This document shows, one piece after another, positions 47,161 through 56,729 of a stretch of DNA of 64,000 nt. How positions within the stretch are numbered: position 1 is the first letter of the stretch; every line of letters begins with the position of its first letter. Source of the stretch: Bacteroidota bacterium (GTDB lineage: Bacteria; Bacteroidota; Bacteroidia; NS11-12g; UBA955); the NCBI GenBank assembly GCA_030833525.1, contig JAURGZ010000002.1:3927-67926 (forward strand), written 5' to 3'. A program made the translations under genes and the position numbers. Under the pieces are notes generated by a model that searched no databases, was not told the DNA's origin, and saw only the letters and a program-made list of their open reading frames with translations.

Positions 47161-48543
47161 TTAAAGGTTGAGTAAATCCCCAATGTCTTGGAGAATTTTA
47201 CGGGTCAAATTATCTGCCGTAGTTTGGTTGGCGCTCTCGGCGTAAATGCGAATGATGGGCTCCGTATTGCTCTTGCGCAGGTGCACCCAATCGCCATCAA
47301 AATCAATCTTGACCCCGTCATCGGTATTGATGGGGTGTTTTTTGTATTTGTCTTGAAGCTTGACCAACAAGGCATCTACATCGGTTCCAGGCTGCAATTC
47401 GGCTTTGTTCTTGGACATTACATACTGGGGGTACTGGGCCCGCAGTGCTGAGGATTTCATCCCTGACTCAGCCAAATGAGACAAGAACAAGGCTATGCCT
47501 ACCAATGCGTCACGACCGTAATGCAATTCGGGGTAAATGATACCCCCGTTGCCTTCCCCGCCAATCACAGCGCCTGTTTCCTTCATGGCTACAACTACGT
47601 TGACCTCACCCACTGCACTTGCGGTATACAATTGACCCGCTTTCTCGGTCAACTCGCGCAAGGCCCGTGTGCTTGACAAATTGCTCACTGTGGGACCCGG
47701 CGTATGCTTGAGCACATAATCGCTGCAGGCGACCAATGTATATTCTTCGCCGAACATTTCCCCGTCGTCTTGAACCAGGGCCAGGCGATCTACGTCGGGA
47801 TCCACCACAATGCCCAAATGGCATTTTTGAGACTTTACCAGGGAGGCAATCTCACCCAAATGTTCGGCCAAGGGCTCAGGATTGTGAGCAAAATGGCCGC
47901 TGGGCTCGCAGTTCAACTCCAATACTTCTTCCACACCCAAGGCTTTCAACAAGGCGGGAACCGCAAACCCTCCAACGCTGTTGACTGCATCTACCGCTAT
48001 TTTGAATTTGCGCTCGGCAATGGCCTCTTTGTTGACCAAAGGCAGCGCTAAAATCTTTTCAATGTGGGTCGGCAAATAATCCCAGCAGCGACGCTGACCC
48101 AATTGGTCAACACTCGCGAATTCAATGGCGCCCGACTCGGCGATGGCCAATACTTGCTCGCCATCAGCCCCGCTGATGAACTCCCCGCGGTGGTTCAACA
48201 ATTTCAAGGCATTCCATTGCTTGGGGTTGTGACTGGCCGTCACGATGATCCCCCCGGCTGCTTGGGCATCAACCACCGCCATTTCAACGGTAGGTGTGGT
48301 AGCTAGACCCAAATCGATGACATCAATGCCCAAGCCCACCAAGGTTTGAGCAATCAATTCGTACACCATTGGGCCGCTGATGCGGGCATCGCGACCCAAC
48401 ACCACTTCGTTCCCCTGCCCCTTTTGCAATATCCATGTGCCAAATGCCGAAGCAAACTTGACCACATCGATGGGACTGAGGTTTTCATCTTGGGCACCGC
48501 CTATGGTTCCCCGTATTCCTGAAATGGACTTGATCAGCGTCAT
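47161..48543 (-). CDS. glmM: Phosphoglucosamine mutase
   Basis: MTLIKSISGIRGTIG start. Active-site TASHNP. Phosphohexomutase domains. ATG at 48543 preferred over the ORF-track start at 48567. Confidence 0.85.
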   Translation of the reverse strand: MTLIKSISGIRGTIGGAQDENLSPIDVVKFASAFGTWILQKGQGNEVVLGRDARISGPMVYELIAQTLVGLGIDVIDLGLATTPTVEMAVVDAQAAGGIIVTASHNPKQWNALKLLNHRGEFISGADGEQVLAIAESGAIEFASVDQLGQRRCWDYLPTHIEKILALPLVNKEAIAERKFKIAVDAVNSVGGFAVPALLKALGVEEVLELNCEPSGHFAHNPEPLAEHLGEIASLVKSQKCHLGIVVDPDVDRLALVQDDGEMFGEEYTLVACSDYVLKHTPGPTVSNLSSTRALRELTEKAGQLYTASAVGEVNVVVAMKETGAVIGGEGNGGIIYPELHYGRDALVGIALFLSHLAESGMKSSALRAQYPQYVMSKNKAELQPGTDVDALLVKLQDKYKKHPINTDDGVKIDFDGDWVHLRKSNTEPIIRIYAESANQTTADNLTRKILQDIGDLLNL

Positions 48544-48554
48544 AAAATGGGTGG

Positions 48555-48562
48555 CAAAAATA
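48555..48562 (-). promoter_or_regulatory. -7 promoter box TATTTTTG, 11 nt upstream of the glmM ATG
   Basis: Minus strand reads TATTTTTGccacccattttATG. Confidence 0.35.
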
Positions 48563-48635
48563 GGCAATGCGCAGCAGACCCTTTTGCGAATCCAAGTGAA
48601 AATACCGCATTATTTCACAGTTGAACGGCCCCTGT

Positions 48636-48643
48636 TACCTTTG
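48636..48643 (+). promoter_or_regulatory. -7 promoter box TACCTTTG, 4 nt upstream of the ftcD ATG
   Basis: Reads TACCTTTGccccATG, the same 8-mer as upstream of purL and the 709-aa type-B CTD gene. Confidence 0.4.
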
Positions 48644-48647
48644 CCCC

Positions 48648-50336
48648 ATGCAAAAACTCATTGAGTGCGTACCGAATTTCTCAGAAGGCCGTAGACCCGA
48701 GGTCATCAAAGCCATCACCGATGCCATTGAAAGTGTGGAATCTGTTCGATTGTTGGACGTCGACCCCGGCAAGGCCACCAACCGAACCGTAGTAACCTTG
48801 GTGGGTGATCCTGAATCGGTTATCGAGGCTGCATTTAGAGGCATTGCCAAGGCTGCAGAACTCATCGACATGCGTCAACACAGCGGCGAACACGCACGCA
48901 TGGGGGCTACCGATGTCTGCCCGCTTATTCCTGTGAGCGGCATCAGCATGGAAGAAACGGCGGCTTACGCCCAGCGATTGGCTCAGCGTGTTGGAGAAGA
49001 ATTGGGCATTCCAACTTACCTCTACGAGGCGGCCCAACCGAATAAAAAACGCAGCAATCTGTCTGTGATTCGCAGCGGTGAGTACGAAGGATTTTTCGAC
49101 AAGATCAAACTGCCCGAATGGAAACCCGATTTTGGGCCCAGCCAATTCCCTGCTGGTCCTGGGGCCACGGTTATTGGGGCCCGAGACTTCCTGATTGCTT
49201 ACAACGTAAACCTGAATACTCGTTCCACTCGCATAGCCAACCGCATCGCATTTGACGTGCGCGAGGCCGGTCGTATCAAACGAGATGGCAACCCCATTAG
49301 CGGCAAGCCTGTACTGGATGAAAACGGGGAACCGGTTCGCATTCCCGGCAAATTGAAACACGTAAAAGCGGTGGGTTGGTACATCGAAGAGTACAACCTG
49401 GCTCAAATCTCCATGAACTTGACGAACTACCGTGAAACTCCCTTGCACCAGGCCTTTGACGAGACGTGCAAAAGCGCCGAGGAACGAGGCGCGCGGGTGA
49501 CGGGCTCTGAATTGGTGGGGCTGGTTCCCTTGCAACCCATGTTGGAAGCCGGTCGTTACTTCTTGGAAAAGCAAGGCCTGAGCACCGGTGTGAGCGAAAG
49601 CGAATTGGTTCACACCGCCATTCGCAGCATGGGACTCGACGAATTGGCTCCATTCGACCCTCAAAAGAAGATCATCGAATACTTGCTGAAAGATAGCAAA
49701 AGTGAAAAATTGGCGCGCTTGAGCGTGGTTGACTTCGCCAATGAAACGGCCAGCGAAAGCTTGGCTCCCGGCGGGGGAAGCGTTTCAGCCTTGGCCGGTG
49801 TATTGGGCGCTGCGCTTGGCACCATGGTGGCCAATGGGTCAGCCAACAAACGCGGATGGGAAGAGCGAGTAGCGGAATTCAGCCCATGGGCCGAAAAAGG
49901 CCAAAAACTAAAAGATGAGCTGCTTTACTTGATCGATGAGGACACCCGTGCCTTTGATGGAATCATGAACGCCTATGCTCTACCCAAAGACAGCGAGGAG
50001 CAAAAAACCATTCGCAGCCAAGCCATTGAAGCGGCCAACCAATATGCCACCGAAATCCCATACCGCACCATGAAAACAGCCTATGCTTGTGTGGAGGTCC
50101 TAGCAGCTATGAAAGAAATCGGCAATCCCAATGCTGCTAGCGATGTCGCGGTGGGTGCCCTTTGCATCAAAACGGCCGTTCGCGGTGCATGGCTCAACGT
50201 GTTGATCAATGCTCCCGGATTGAAAGATCGAGCTTTTGCCAACCGCATCGTGAGTGATGCCGAGGCCCTTTTGAAAAAGAACCACGAAGCTTGCGATGCC
50301 ATCATTCTGGCCATCGAAGCAGAGCTGCGCAAATAA
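48648..50336 (+). CDS. ftcD: Glutamate formimidoyltransferase / formimidoyltetrahydrofolate cyclodeaminase (two-domain FtcD)
   Basis: N-terminal formiminotransferase domain (LIECVPNFSEGRR). C-terminal cyclodeaminase domain (LAPGGGSVSALAGVLGAALGTMVAN). Confidence 0.85.
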   Translation: MQKLIECVPNFSEGRRPEVIKAITDAIESVESVRLLDVDPGKATNRTVVTLVGDPESVIEAAFRGIAKAAELIDMRQHSGEHARMGATDVCPLIPVSGISMEETAAYAQRLAQRVGEELGIPTYLYEAAQPNKKRSNLSVIRSGEYEGFFDKIKLPEWKPDFGPSQFPAGPGATVIGARDFLIAYNVNLNTRSTRIANRIAFDVREAGRIKRDGNPISGKPVLDENGEPVRIPGKLKHVKAVGWYIEEYNLAQISMNLTNYRETPLHQAFDETCKSAEERGARVTGSELVGLVPLQPMLEAGRYFLEKQGLSTGVSESELVHTAIRSMGLDELAPFDPQKKIIEYLLKDSKSEKLARLSVVDFANETASESLAPGGGSVSALAGVLGAALGTMVANGSANKRGWEERVAEFSPWAEKGQKLKDELLYLIDEDTRAFDGIMNAYALPKDSEEQKTIRSQAIEAANQYATEIPYRTMKTAYACVEVLAAMKEIGNPNAASDVAVGALCIKTAVRGAWLNVLINAPGLKDRAFANRIVSDAEALLKKNHEACDAIILAIEAELRK

Positions 50337-50337
50337 G

Positions 50338-51276
50338 ATGAAGCAGCTGCTGGCCTTTCTTTTGAGCTCATGCCTTTGGTTCAATGCCCAGAGCCAATTT
50401 GCGCCAGCAGCGGGGCAGCCCGGCAGCACCGCGATTCATGCCGATTCATCTTGCCTGGTAGATTGGGCTCTATTTTGCCGGGTTGAACGCGGCTTCAAAC
50501 AAATCAACCTGCCCGACTCAGGCAGAGCCAGCGTTGGAGAACCTGAAAATGCCTGCGGCAAACCGGGTAACGGCCTAGTCAGTTTGGGAGATGCCGGCCG
50601 AGCCATTTTGGAATTCAGTCCTCCCATAGCCAACGGCCCTGGTTTTGACTTTGCCGTGTTTGAAAATGCTTTCAACGACAGCTTCTTGGAACTGGCCCAT
50701 GTAGAGGTCAGCAGCAACGGGATCGATTGGGTGCGATTTCCAAGCCAATCGCTCACCCAAACCCAAACCCAAACACCTGCCTTTGGCTATACTCAGCCCC
50801 AGCGCATTCACAATTTGGCCGGCAAATACCGAAGCCCCTATGGGACTCCCTTCGATCTAGATGAACTGAAAGACAGCAACCGAATCGACCTTCAGTGGAT
50901 CGTGTATGTGCGCATCATGGATGCGGTGGGCAGTGTAGACAGCAGCTGGGGCAGCCGCGATGCATCAGGCCGCCTGATCAACGACCCCTGGCCCTCTCCC
51001 TTTCCCAGTTCTGGCTTTGATTTGGAAGCAGTGGGCATCCTGCACAACGCTTTGTTTTGGACCGGCCCCTACCAGCCCGGCAGCCCCTTCTATTCATCGC
51101 GTGAACACCGCTTGGAAGCCTGCCCCAAAACGCCGGGTTACTTGTATGCCTCGAATGGCCAAATTGTAGCGAAGAAACCTGCTCAAGTAGAAAATTGGAG
51201 CCTTCCTGCTTTGGCACCTGGCGTGTATTTCTATCGCAGCCCCGAAACTGAAACCTTGCGTTTCTCAGTGCGTTAA
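50338..51276 (+). CDS. Hypothetical secreted protein, possibly with a short T9SS type-A-like C-terminal tail
   Basis: Signal peptide (MKQLLAFLLSSCLWFNAQSQ). TQTQTQT repeat. The C-terminus (NGQIVAKK...LAPGVYFYRSPETETLRFSVR) resembles a Por secretion tail only weakly. Confidence 0.4.
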   Translation: MKQLLAFLLSSCLWFNAQSQFAPAAGQPGSTAIHADSSCLVDWALFCRVERGFKQINLPDSGRASVGEPENACGKPGNGLVSLGDAGRAILEFSPPIANGPGFDFAVFENAFNDSFLELAHVEVSSNGIDWVRFPSQSLTQTQTQTPAFGYTQPQRIHNLAGKYRSPYGTPFDLDELKDSNRIDLQWIVYVRIMDAVGSVDSSWGSRDASGRLINDPWPSPFPSSGFDLEAVGILHNALFWTGPYQPGSPFYSSREHRLEACPKTPGYLYASNGQIVAKKPAQVENWSLPALAPGVYFYRSPETETLRFSVR

Positions 51277-52442
51277 TCCAGCAGGTGAACCAATTCAATG
51301 GTGGGCAGGAAAGATCCGCGAACGTTGTTGGTCAACACGCAGAACATTTTGTCTTCGCTTAAACAGCGCCAGAAATAGGTTCTGAAACCTTTCCACCACC
51401 CGTTGTGGAAGACCCATTTCTTGCCGTCGATCACCCGCATGCGCCAGCCCAAGCCGTAATGGGCCTCGCTGCTCGTGGCCACTTGGGGCGTGAACATGGC
51501 GTTTTTGGCATCGGCATGCAAGATCAAATCTGTGCGAAGGGCCCGGTCGAACAACAGCATTTCATACACATTGCTGTACACTCCCTTATCACCCGTAGTG
51601 CCGTTGTGGGGCAAATCGTCGTAGACTTGGCCCGATTTATAACCTTGTACCGGGTATCGAACCAAGGGAAACGAATCGTAATTGCAAATGTGCGTGTAGC
51701 GCATTCCCGCGGGCTTAAAAATGGCTTCACGCGCATATTCCCGAAAATCCATTCCCGTTTTGCGCTCCACAATCAAAGCCAGCAAAGCATAGTTCGTATT
51801 GGAATAATCATACGATCCAGGACGCGCAAACATGCGATACGATTGGTCATTGATCAACCTCAAGACATCTTCATTGCGCATGTGCTGAGACGGGGTCACT
51901 CCTGAGGGCAAGGCCAGATTGAAATAATCAGGCAAGCCGCTGGTATGAGACAACAAATGCCGCAAGGTCAAGTTGCGCCTGCGAAAATCAGGAAGATGCC
52001 AGTGCACCGAATCGTTGATATTCAACAAACCGTCTTGCTGCATTTTCATGATGCTAACCCCTGTGAAGGTCTTGCTCACCGACGCCAATTGAAACAAATC
52101 ATTGGGCTCAGCCAATTGCCGTGCACCGAAATTGCTGAATCCCCGCGCCCCTTGAATCAGGCTGTCGTTTCGAAAAAACAGATAGGTGCCGTTGAAAATC
52201 CCACTGCGGTATACGGCGTTGAAAAAACTATCGATGCGGTGTACGCAGCTCGTATCCAAGCTCGGATTCTGCCGAAAATCATGCCCCATAGAGGACTCGG
52301 CGATCGAAGACGCCAAGGGCCCGCGCGTAGAACCGCAATGCAAAGTTCCTACAATAATGCTCACCGCTATGAATCGCCAAAAACGCATGAAATCCAAAAA
52401 TACAATGGCCCGTGACCGGGCACCCATTGGATTTACACACAC
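51273..52442 (-). CDS. Serine hydrolase of the beta-lactamase / PBP family
   Basis: SxxK active-site motif SVSKTF. YSN-like (YDYSNTNY) and HxG-like elements. Signal peptide probably begins at an internal Met (MRFWRFIAVSII), so the start is uncertain. Confidence 0.7.
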   Translation of the reverse strand: MCVNPMGARSRAIVFLDFMRFWRFIAVSIIVGTLHCGSTRGPLASSIAESSMGHDFRQNPSLDTSCVHRIDSFFNAVYRSGIFNGTYLFFRNDSLIQGARGFSNFGARQLAEPNDLFQLASVSKTFTGVSIMKMQQDGLLNINDSVHWHLPDFRRRNLTLRHLLSHTSGLPDYFNLALPSGVTPSQHMRNEDVLRLINDQSYRMFARPGSYDYSNTNYALLALIVERKTGMDFREYAREAIFKPAGMRYTHICNYDSFPLVRYPVQGYKSGQVYDDLPHNGTTGDKGVYSNVYEMLLFDRALRTDLILHADAKNAMFTPQVATSSEAHYGLGWRMRVIDGKKWVFHNGWWKGFRTYFWRCLSEDKMFCVLTNNVRGSFLPTIELVHLLD

Positions 52443-52454
52443 CTTGTGGGTTTC

Positions 52455-53066
52455 CTAGGGTATTTGCAAAATTTTATGGGTCTGCAGGGAAATGCGCCAC
52501 TGCGGGTTTTGCTTCACGTATTCCACCAACAGAGGAGCCGCCCAATCCCGCTTATCCCACTCGGGTTGCAACAACCTCACGCAAGAGCTCGACACTTCTT
52601 TCGCCCAAGTCTCGGCCCATTCAAAATCGCTCTTGTTGAAGACGATGATTTTCAATTCATGCGCCTTCTTCAACTCAGAGGCCAAGGGGAACTTGAATTT
52701 CTTGGGCGACAGGGTAATCCAATCGAATTGACCGCGAATCTCGTGGGCCGCCGAGGTTTCTATATGCACCCGCATCCCCTTGCTGTGCAAAGCTTCACAC
52801 AAGGCTGTTAAATCGTACATGGCGGGTTCACCGCCGGTGATCACCGCTATGGGTGCACCTGACTGAAAAGCGTCTTCAGCCATCTGTTGCACAGAAACCC
52901 GTGCATAATCTTCGGCGTTCCAACTTTCTTTAACGTCGCACCATACGCAGCCAACATCACATCCAGCCAAACGAATGAAATAGGCGGCATGGCCTGCAAA
53001 CACACCCTCTCCTTGGACGGTATAAAAGGCCTCCATCAAGGGCAGGTCAGTGCGGCTGCTGGGCAT
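52455..53066 (-). CDS. queE: 7-carboxy-7-deazaguanine synthase (radical SAM)
   Basis: LPLMEAFYTVQGEG N-terminus and CDVGCVWCD cluster motif. ATG at 53066 lies 1 nt beyond the folD stop; the ORF-track start at 53087 is TTG. Confidence 0.8.
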   Translation of the reverse strand: MPSSRTDLPLMEAFYTVQGEGVFAGHAAYFIRLAGCDVGCVWCDVKESWNAEDYARVSVQQMAEDAFQSGAPIAVITGGEPAMYDLTALCEALHSKGMRVHIETSAAHEIRGQFDWITLSPKKFKFPLASELKKAHELKIIVFNKSDFEWAETWAKEVSSSCVRLLQPEWDKRDWAAPLLVEYVKQNPQWRISLQTHKILQIP

Positions 53067-53067
53067 A

Positions 53068-53949
53068 TTAGGCGTATTTGCGCTCAAAAGCTTGCAAGGT
53101 ATTCATCATCAAGCCCGAAATGGTCATGGGGCCAACCCCACCGGGAACAGGCGTAATGGCCGAGGCTACTTCGGCAACCTCGCTGTACAACACATCACCG
53201 GTCAAACGCCATCCGCGCTCCCGACTGGTGTCTTCAACACGGGTGGTCCCTACGTCGATGACAACCGCACCGGGTTTGACCAAATCGGCCCCTACAAACT
53301 CAGGTTTTCCAAGGGCCACGACCAAAATATCGGCTTGGCGGGTATAGGAGGCCAAATCCCGGGTTCTTGAATGGCAGAGTGTCACGGTAGCATTTCCCGT
53401 TTCTGAACTATCGCTCAGCAGCAAACTCATGGGCCTACCCACAATGTTGCTCCTTCCTAAAACGACCACATGCTTGCCTTGGGTCTCAATGCCATAATGT
53501 TTGAGCATGAGGGTGATGCCGTAGGGAGTTGCGGGCTTAACACCTGGATGACCCTTGGCTAATTTGCCCATGTTGATGTCATGGAAACCATCGACGTCTT
53601 TGTCTGGGTGGATGGCATGGGTTACAACCTCTTCGTCAATGTGGTTGGGAAGAGGCAACTGCACAATCAATCCCGTATAGGTATCGTCTTGGTTGATGCG
53701 CTCGATTTCAGCCAGCAATTCATCTTGGCTAATGCTCGCATCATAGCGCAAAATACTGGAATCAAAACCCACCGTTTGGCAGGCTTTCTCCTTAGCCCCA
53801 ACGTAGGTCTGACTTGCCCCGTCGTTACCCACCAGAATGGCTACCAAATGGGGCACCATACCGGTTTTCGCTTTTCCAGCTGCCACTCGGGCTGCAATTT
53901 GTTCGTTTAGACTCAACGAAACTTCCTTTCCACTCAGTATTTGGGGCAT
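53068..53949 (-). CDS. folD: Bifunctional methylenetetrahydrofolate dehydrogenase / methenyltetrahydrofolate cyclohydrolase
   Basis: HLVAILVGNDGASQTYV, VVLGRSNIVGRPM and PVPGGVGPMT motifs. 293 aa. Confidence 0.9.
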   Translation of the reverse strand: MPQILSGKEVSLSLNEQIAARVAAGKAKTGMVPHLVAILVGNDGASQTYVGAKEKACQTVGFDSSILRYDASISQDELLAEIERINQDDTYTGLIVQLPLPNHIDEEVVTHAIHPDKDVDGFHDINMGKLAKGHPGVKPATPYGITLMLKHYGIETQGKHVVVLGRSNIVGRPMSLLLSDSSETGNATVTLCHSRTRDLASYTRQADILVVALGKPEFVGADLVKPGAVVIDVGTTRVEDTSRERGWRLTGDVLYSEVAEVASAITPVPGGVGPMTISGLMMNTLQAFERKYA

Positions 53950-53966
53950 GGAACAAAAATAGGCAA

Positions 53967-56372
53967 TCAGAGCAATTCTATTTGGGTGACTCCATCGCCG
54001 CCAAATTGCTCGCTTTCGTGCTCAAATCGCTTGATGTACGACAAACTCTTGAACAGTTCCCGCAGCGATTTCTTCAAAGCTCCTGTCCCCCTTCCGTGAA
54101 CGACTTTCAACGATCGATTCCCCAGGGTATAGGCTTCGTCTAGCCAAACATGCACCCTGGAAATCGCCTCATCGGCCCGTAGACCGCGAACATCCAAAAT
54201 CTCGCTGAATTGCTGCTGCTTTTCGATCCAATTGTAGCCCAATTGCCCTCTTTGCTTTTTTTGTTGACGCTTGGAGAGAGCCGCGCCCAATTCTGACTTA
54301 GGCACCCACATTTTGAGCAAGCCAAAAGCAACCAATGCTTTGTCTTTGGAAAGCTCCAAGACTTCACCTTCTTGGTCGCCGCGCAGGCTTCGAACGAGCA
54401 TTCCCGGCATCAAGTCCCGAAGCGGCTCTTCTTTTTCTTGAGTCTTATCTGAGGCTGCATGAGGCAGGGCCTTCAAGCGTTTTTCGCTTTGGGTTTCCAC
54501 CTTGGCCTTGAAAGAATGTAGCGTTTGGCGCGCCTTCTGGGTTTTGTCTTTATCGGCCCCGTGTTCGCGAATGACCCGAATGGTTTGTTCAATTTGTTGA
54601 TTGGCTTCGGTGAGCAATCGTTGAGCATCGGTTTTAGCCTGAGCCAAAACCTCTCTGCGCTTGTCTTGCAACTTGTTTTTCAAGGCTTGGTATTCAGCCG
54701 TCAACAGTTCCAAATTGGCCTCTTGTTTGCGCACATGCCCTATACGCTCTTCCAGCTCTTGGGTCTGACGCTCAACCTGCATCATCAGATCTTCGGTACG
54801 GCCCATCTCTTTCCCGCTCAAGGTCTCAATGCGCTTCATCCACTGAGCATCAAAGCCCGTTTTTCGCATCAATTCCAAGGCAAATGAACTGCCTGGCTTT
54901 CCACTCACAAGGCGATACAGCGGCTTCAATTCGCGAGGATCATAGGCCATACTGGCCTGCAAAACGGGTTCCTGATCCATGCCCCACTCCCGCAATTGAC
55001 TGAAGTGAGTGGTGGCAATGGCAAATGCCCCTTTTTCAGACAATGACTCCATCACTGCCTGGGCTATGGGTGCTCCAAATCGAGGGTCAGTACCCGCCCC
55101 AACTTCATCGAATCCCAGCATGGCTTTGGGCGATGCTGCATCGAGCATGACCCTTAAATTCTTCAAATGAGCCGAGAAGGTACTCAAACCCTCTTCCATG
55201 CTCTGCCCATCGCCACAATCGATGGCCAACACGTCAAATAAGCCCAAGCGGGAATTGGAACGGGCGGTCACGAACAAACCGCACTGAAACAAATACTGCA
55301 GCAGCAAAACAGTCTTGAGCACCACGCTCTTGCCCCCTGCATTGGGGCCCGAAACCACCAACAGGCGTGCCTGGCCCATATCCAAATTCAAGGGAATCAC
55401 GGCCGCATTTTTCTTCTGCAATTCAGCCCGCATGACCGGGTGAGTGGCCTCGACCCATTTCAACCCCTTGTTGTCCAGAACCAATTCAGGACGTTCGGCC
55501 TCTTGCTGATGCACCCAATCGGCTTTGACGCGGCGAAAATCTGCTTCTCCCAGTCCTTCCATGGCGCGGTATAATTCGCCTTGAAACGGAGCCACAAATT
55601 GGGTCAATTCACGCAGGATACGCTCCCGCTCTCGACGCAATTCGGCAAACAATTCCTTGAGGCGATTATTCAATTCCAGCAATTCACTGGGCTCGATGTA
55701 CAGCACCTTACCCGTGGCCGAAACGTCTTTCACGAAACCTTTCACTTTTCGCTTGTGCTCGGCCATAATGGGCAGAACCAAACGCTCTTCCCGAACGGTA
55801 ATTTCGGTTTCAGCCGTAAATCCTTGCTCTTTGAAACTGCGGTACAACTGACGAATGCGGGTGCGCCCTTCACGCTCCAAGCGACCGATTTCTTGGCTCA
55901 ATTTGCCAAACAAGGGCGATGCATGAGGCTTGAGTTGAGCCTTTTCATCCAATACAGCTAAGATGCCCAAGGCCACATGTCGCATGCTTTCCATAGGCGG
56001 AAAAAGCGCCAGCGTATGGGGGAATTCATCTTCTCTTTGGGCCAAACTGCGGTGGGAACGCAAATACGCCTCTGCCACTTTGGCGATGCGAAACAAAGCC
56101 ATTTCATCCAACGCATAATTGGCAATCGTCAGGTGAGGCAAATAAGCGCCAATATCATCGGTCTCGGTGAAGTGAAAAAAAGACGGCATTTGAGCCAGCA
56201 ACAACTGCGTCTCTGACAAGGCGTCTAAGCGCGCTTGCAAGGCCTGGGCCTCTGTTGCCATATCCATTTCGGCAACCCGCTTTCGTGAATTTTCGTATTT
56301 GCACGACTGAGACAGGGCGGTTCGAATGCGGTCGAAGCCCAAGGTCTGTTCGAAATTCTGCGGATACTTCAC
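53967..56372 (-). CDS. mutS2: Endonuclease MutS2 (MutS domains plus C-terminal Smr domain)
   Basis: Walker A SGPNAGGKS. C-terminal Smr (ILDVRGLRADEA...VVHGRGTGALK). The N-terminus is uncertain: a GTG at 56372 overlaps the upstream TGA (GTGA) and gives an 801-aa protein, whereas the ORF track extends to a GTG at 56432. Confidence 0.8.
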   Translation of the reverse strand: MKYPQNFEQTLGFDRIRTALSQSCKYENSRKRVAEMDMATEAQALQARLDALSETQLLLAQMPSFFHFTETDDIGAYLPHLTIANYALDEMALFRIAKVAEAYLRSHRSLAQREDEFPHTLALFPPMESMRHVALGILAVLDEKAQLKPHASPLFGKLSQEIGRLEREGRTRIRQLYRSFKEQGFTAETEITVREERLVLPIMAEHKRKVKGFVKDVSATGKVLYIEPSELLELNNRLKELFAELRRERERILRELTQFVAPFQGELYRAMEGLGEADFRRVKADWVHQQEAERPELVLDNKGLKWVEATHPVMRAELQKKNAAVIPLNLDMGQARLLVVSGPNAGGKSVVLKTVLLLQYLFQCGLFVTARSNSRLGLFDVLAIDCGDGQSMEEGLSTFSAHLKNLRVMLDAASPKAMLGFDEVGAGTDPRFGAPIAQAVMESLSEKGAFAIATTHFSQLREWGMDQEPVLQASMAYDPRELKPLYRLVSGKPGSSFALELMRKTGFDAQWMKRIETLSGKEMGRTEDLMMQVERQTQELEERIGHVRKQEANLELLTAEYQALKNKLQDKRREVLAQAKTDAQRLLTEANQQIEQTIRVIREHGADKDKTQKARQTLHSFKAKVETQSEKRLKALPHAASDKTQEKEEPLRDLMPGMLVRSLRGDQEGEVLELSKDKALVAFGLLKMWVPKSELGAALSKRQQKKQRGQLGYNWIEKQQQFSEILDVRGLRADEAISRVHVWLDEAYTLGNRSLKVVHGRGTGALKKSLRELFKSLSYIKRFEHESEQFGGDGVTQIELL

Positions 56373-56707
56373 GGGTGTGCTTGCCGACGGGCCAATTCTT
56401 TGTTTTGCAATTCGGTGATCACCGATTCCCACACTTGCGCATAAGCATCAGGATGATCCTTGTACCAACGCATGGCAGGATAAAAAGTTCCTGTATCCAA
56501 CCCGTGTTTGGTCAAAACAAACCGGTAATCCCGCAACCAAGCCGAATCAGGCAATACCCCAAAATTGTATTTCTGCTGATGCCCAGCCTCCAAAAGCACG
56601 GCATCAACCAATACAGCCGTCATTTTTTCGGCATCGATGGGCGAACGCTCTTGGCAAGCCCCTACGAAAAGGAGCGCCAAAAAGGCCGTATTTTTGAGCA
56701 GCGACAT
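56369..56707 (-). CDS. Small lipoprotein (DUF4296-like)
   Basis: Lipobox (LLFVGACQE). 112 aa. Upstream of, and overlapping, mutS2. Confidence 0.55.
   Translation of the reverse strand: MSLLKNTAFLALLFVGACQERSPIDAEKMTAVLVDAVLLEAGHQQKYNFGVLPDSAWLRDYRFVLTKHGLDTGTFYPAMRWYKDHPDAYAQVWESVITELQNKELARRQAHP
56689..56696 (+). promoter_or_regulatory. -7 promoter box TATTTTTG, about 34 nt upstream of yggS
   Basis: Matches TAnnTTTG. Lies within the antisense DUF4296 coding region. Confidence 0.3.
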
Positions 56708-56729
56708 CGCCCTTCAAAGGTAGCCAAAA

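Noticed and set aside
50755-50772. (ACCCAA)x3 hexanucleotide repeat inside the 50338..51276 CDS, as a phase-variation tract
   Set aside because: The unit length is a multiple of 3, so slippage would add or remove TQ dipeptides without a frameshift. Three copies is short. It is more likely a low-complexity linker.
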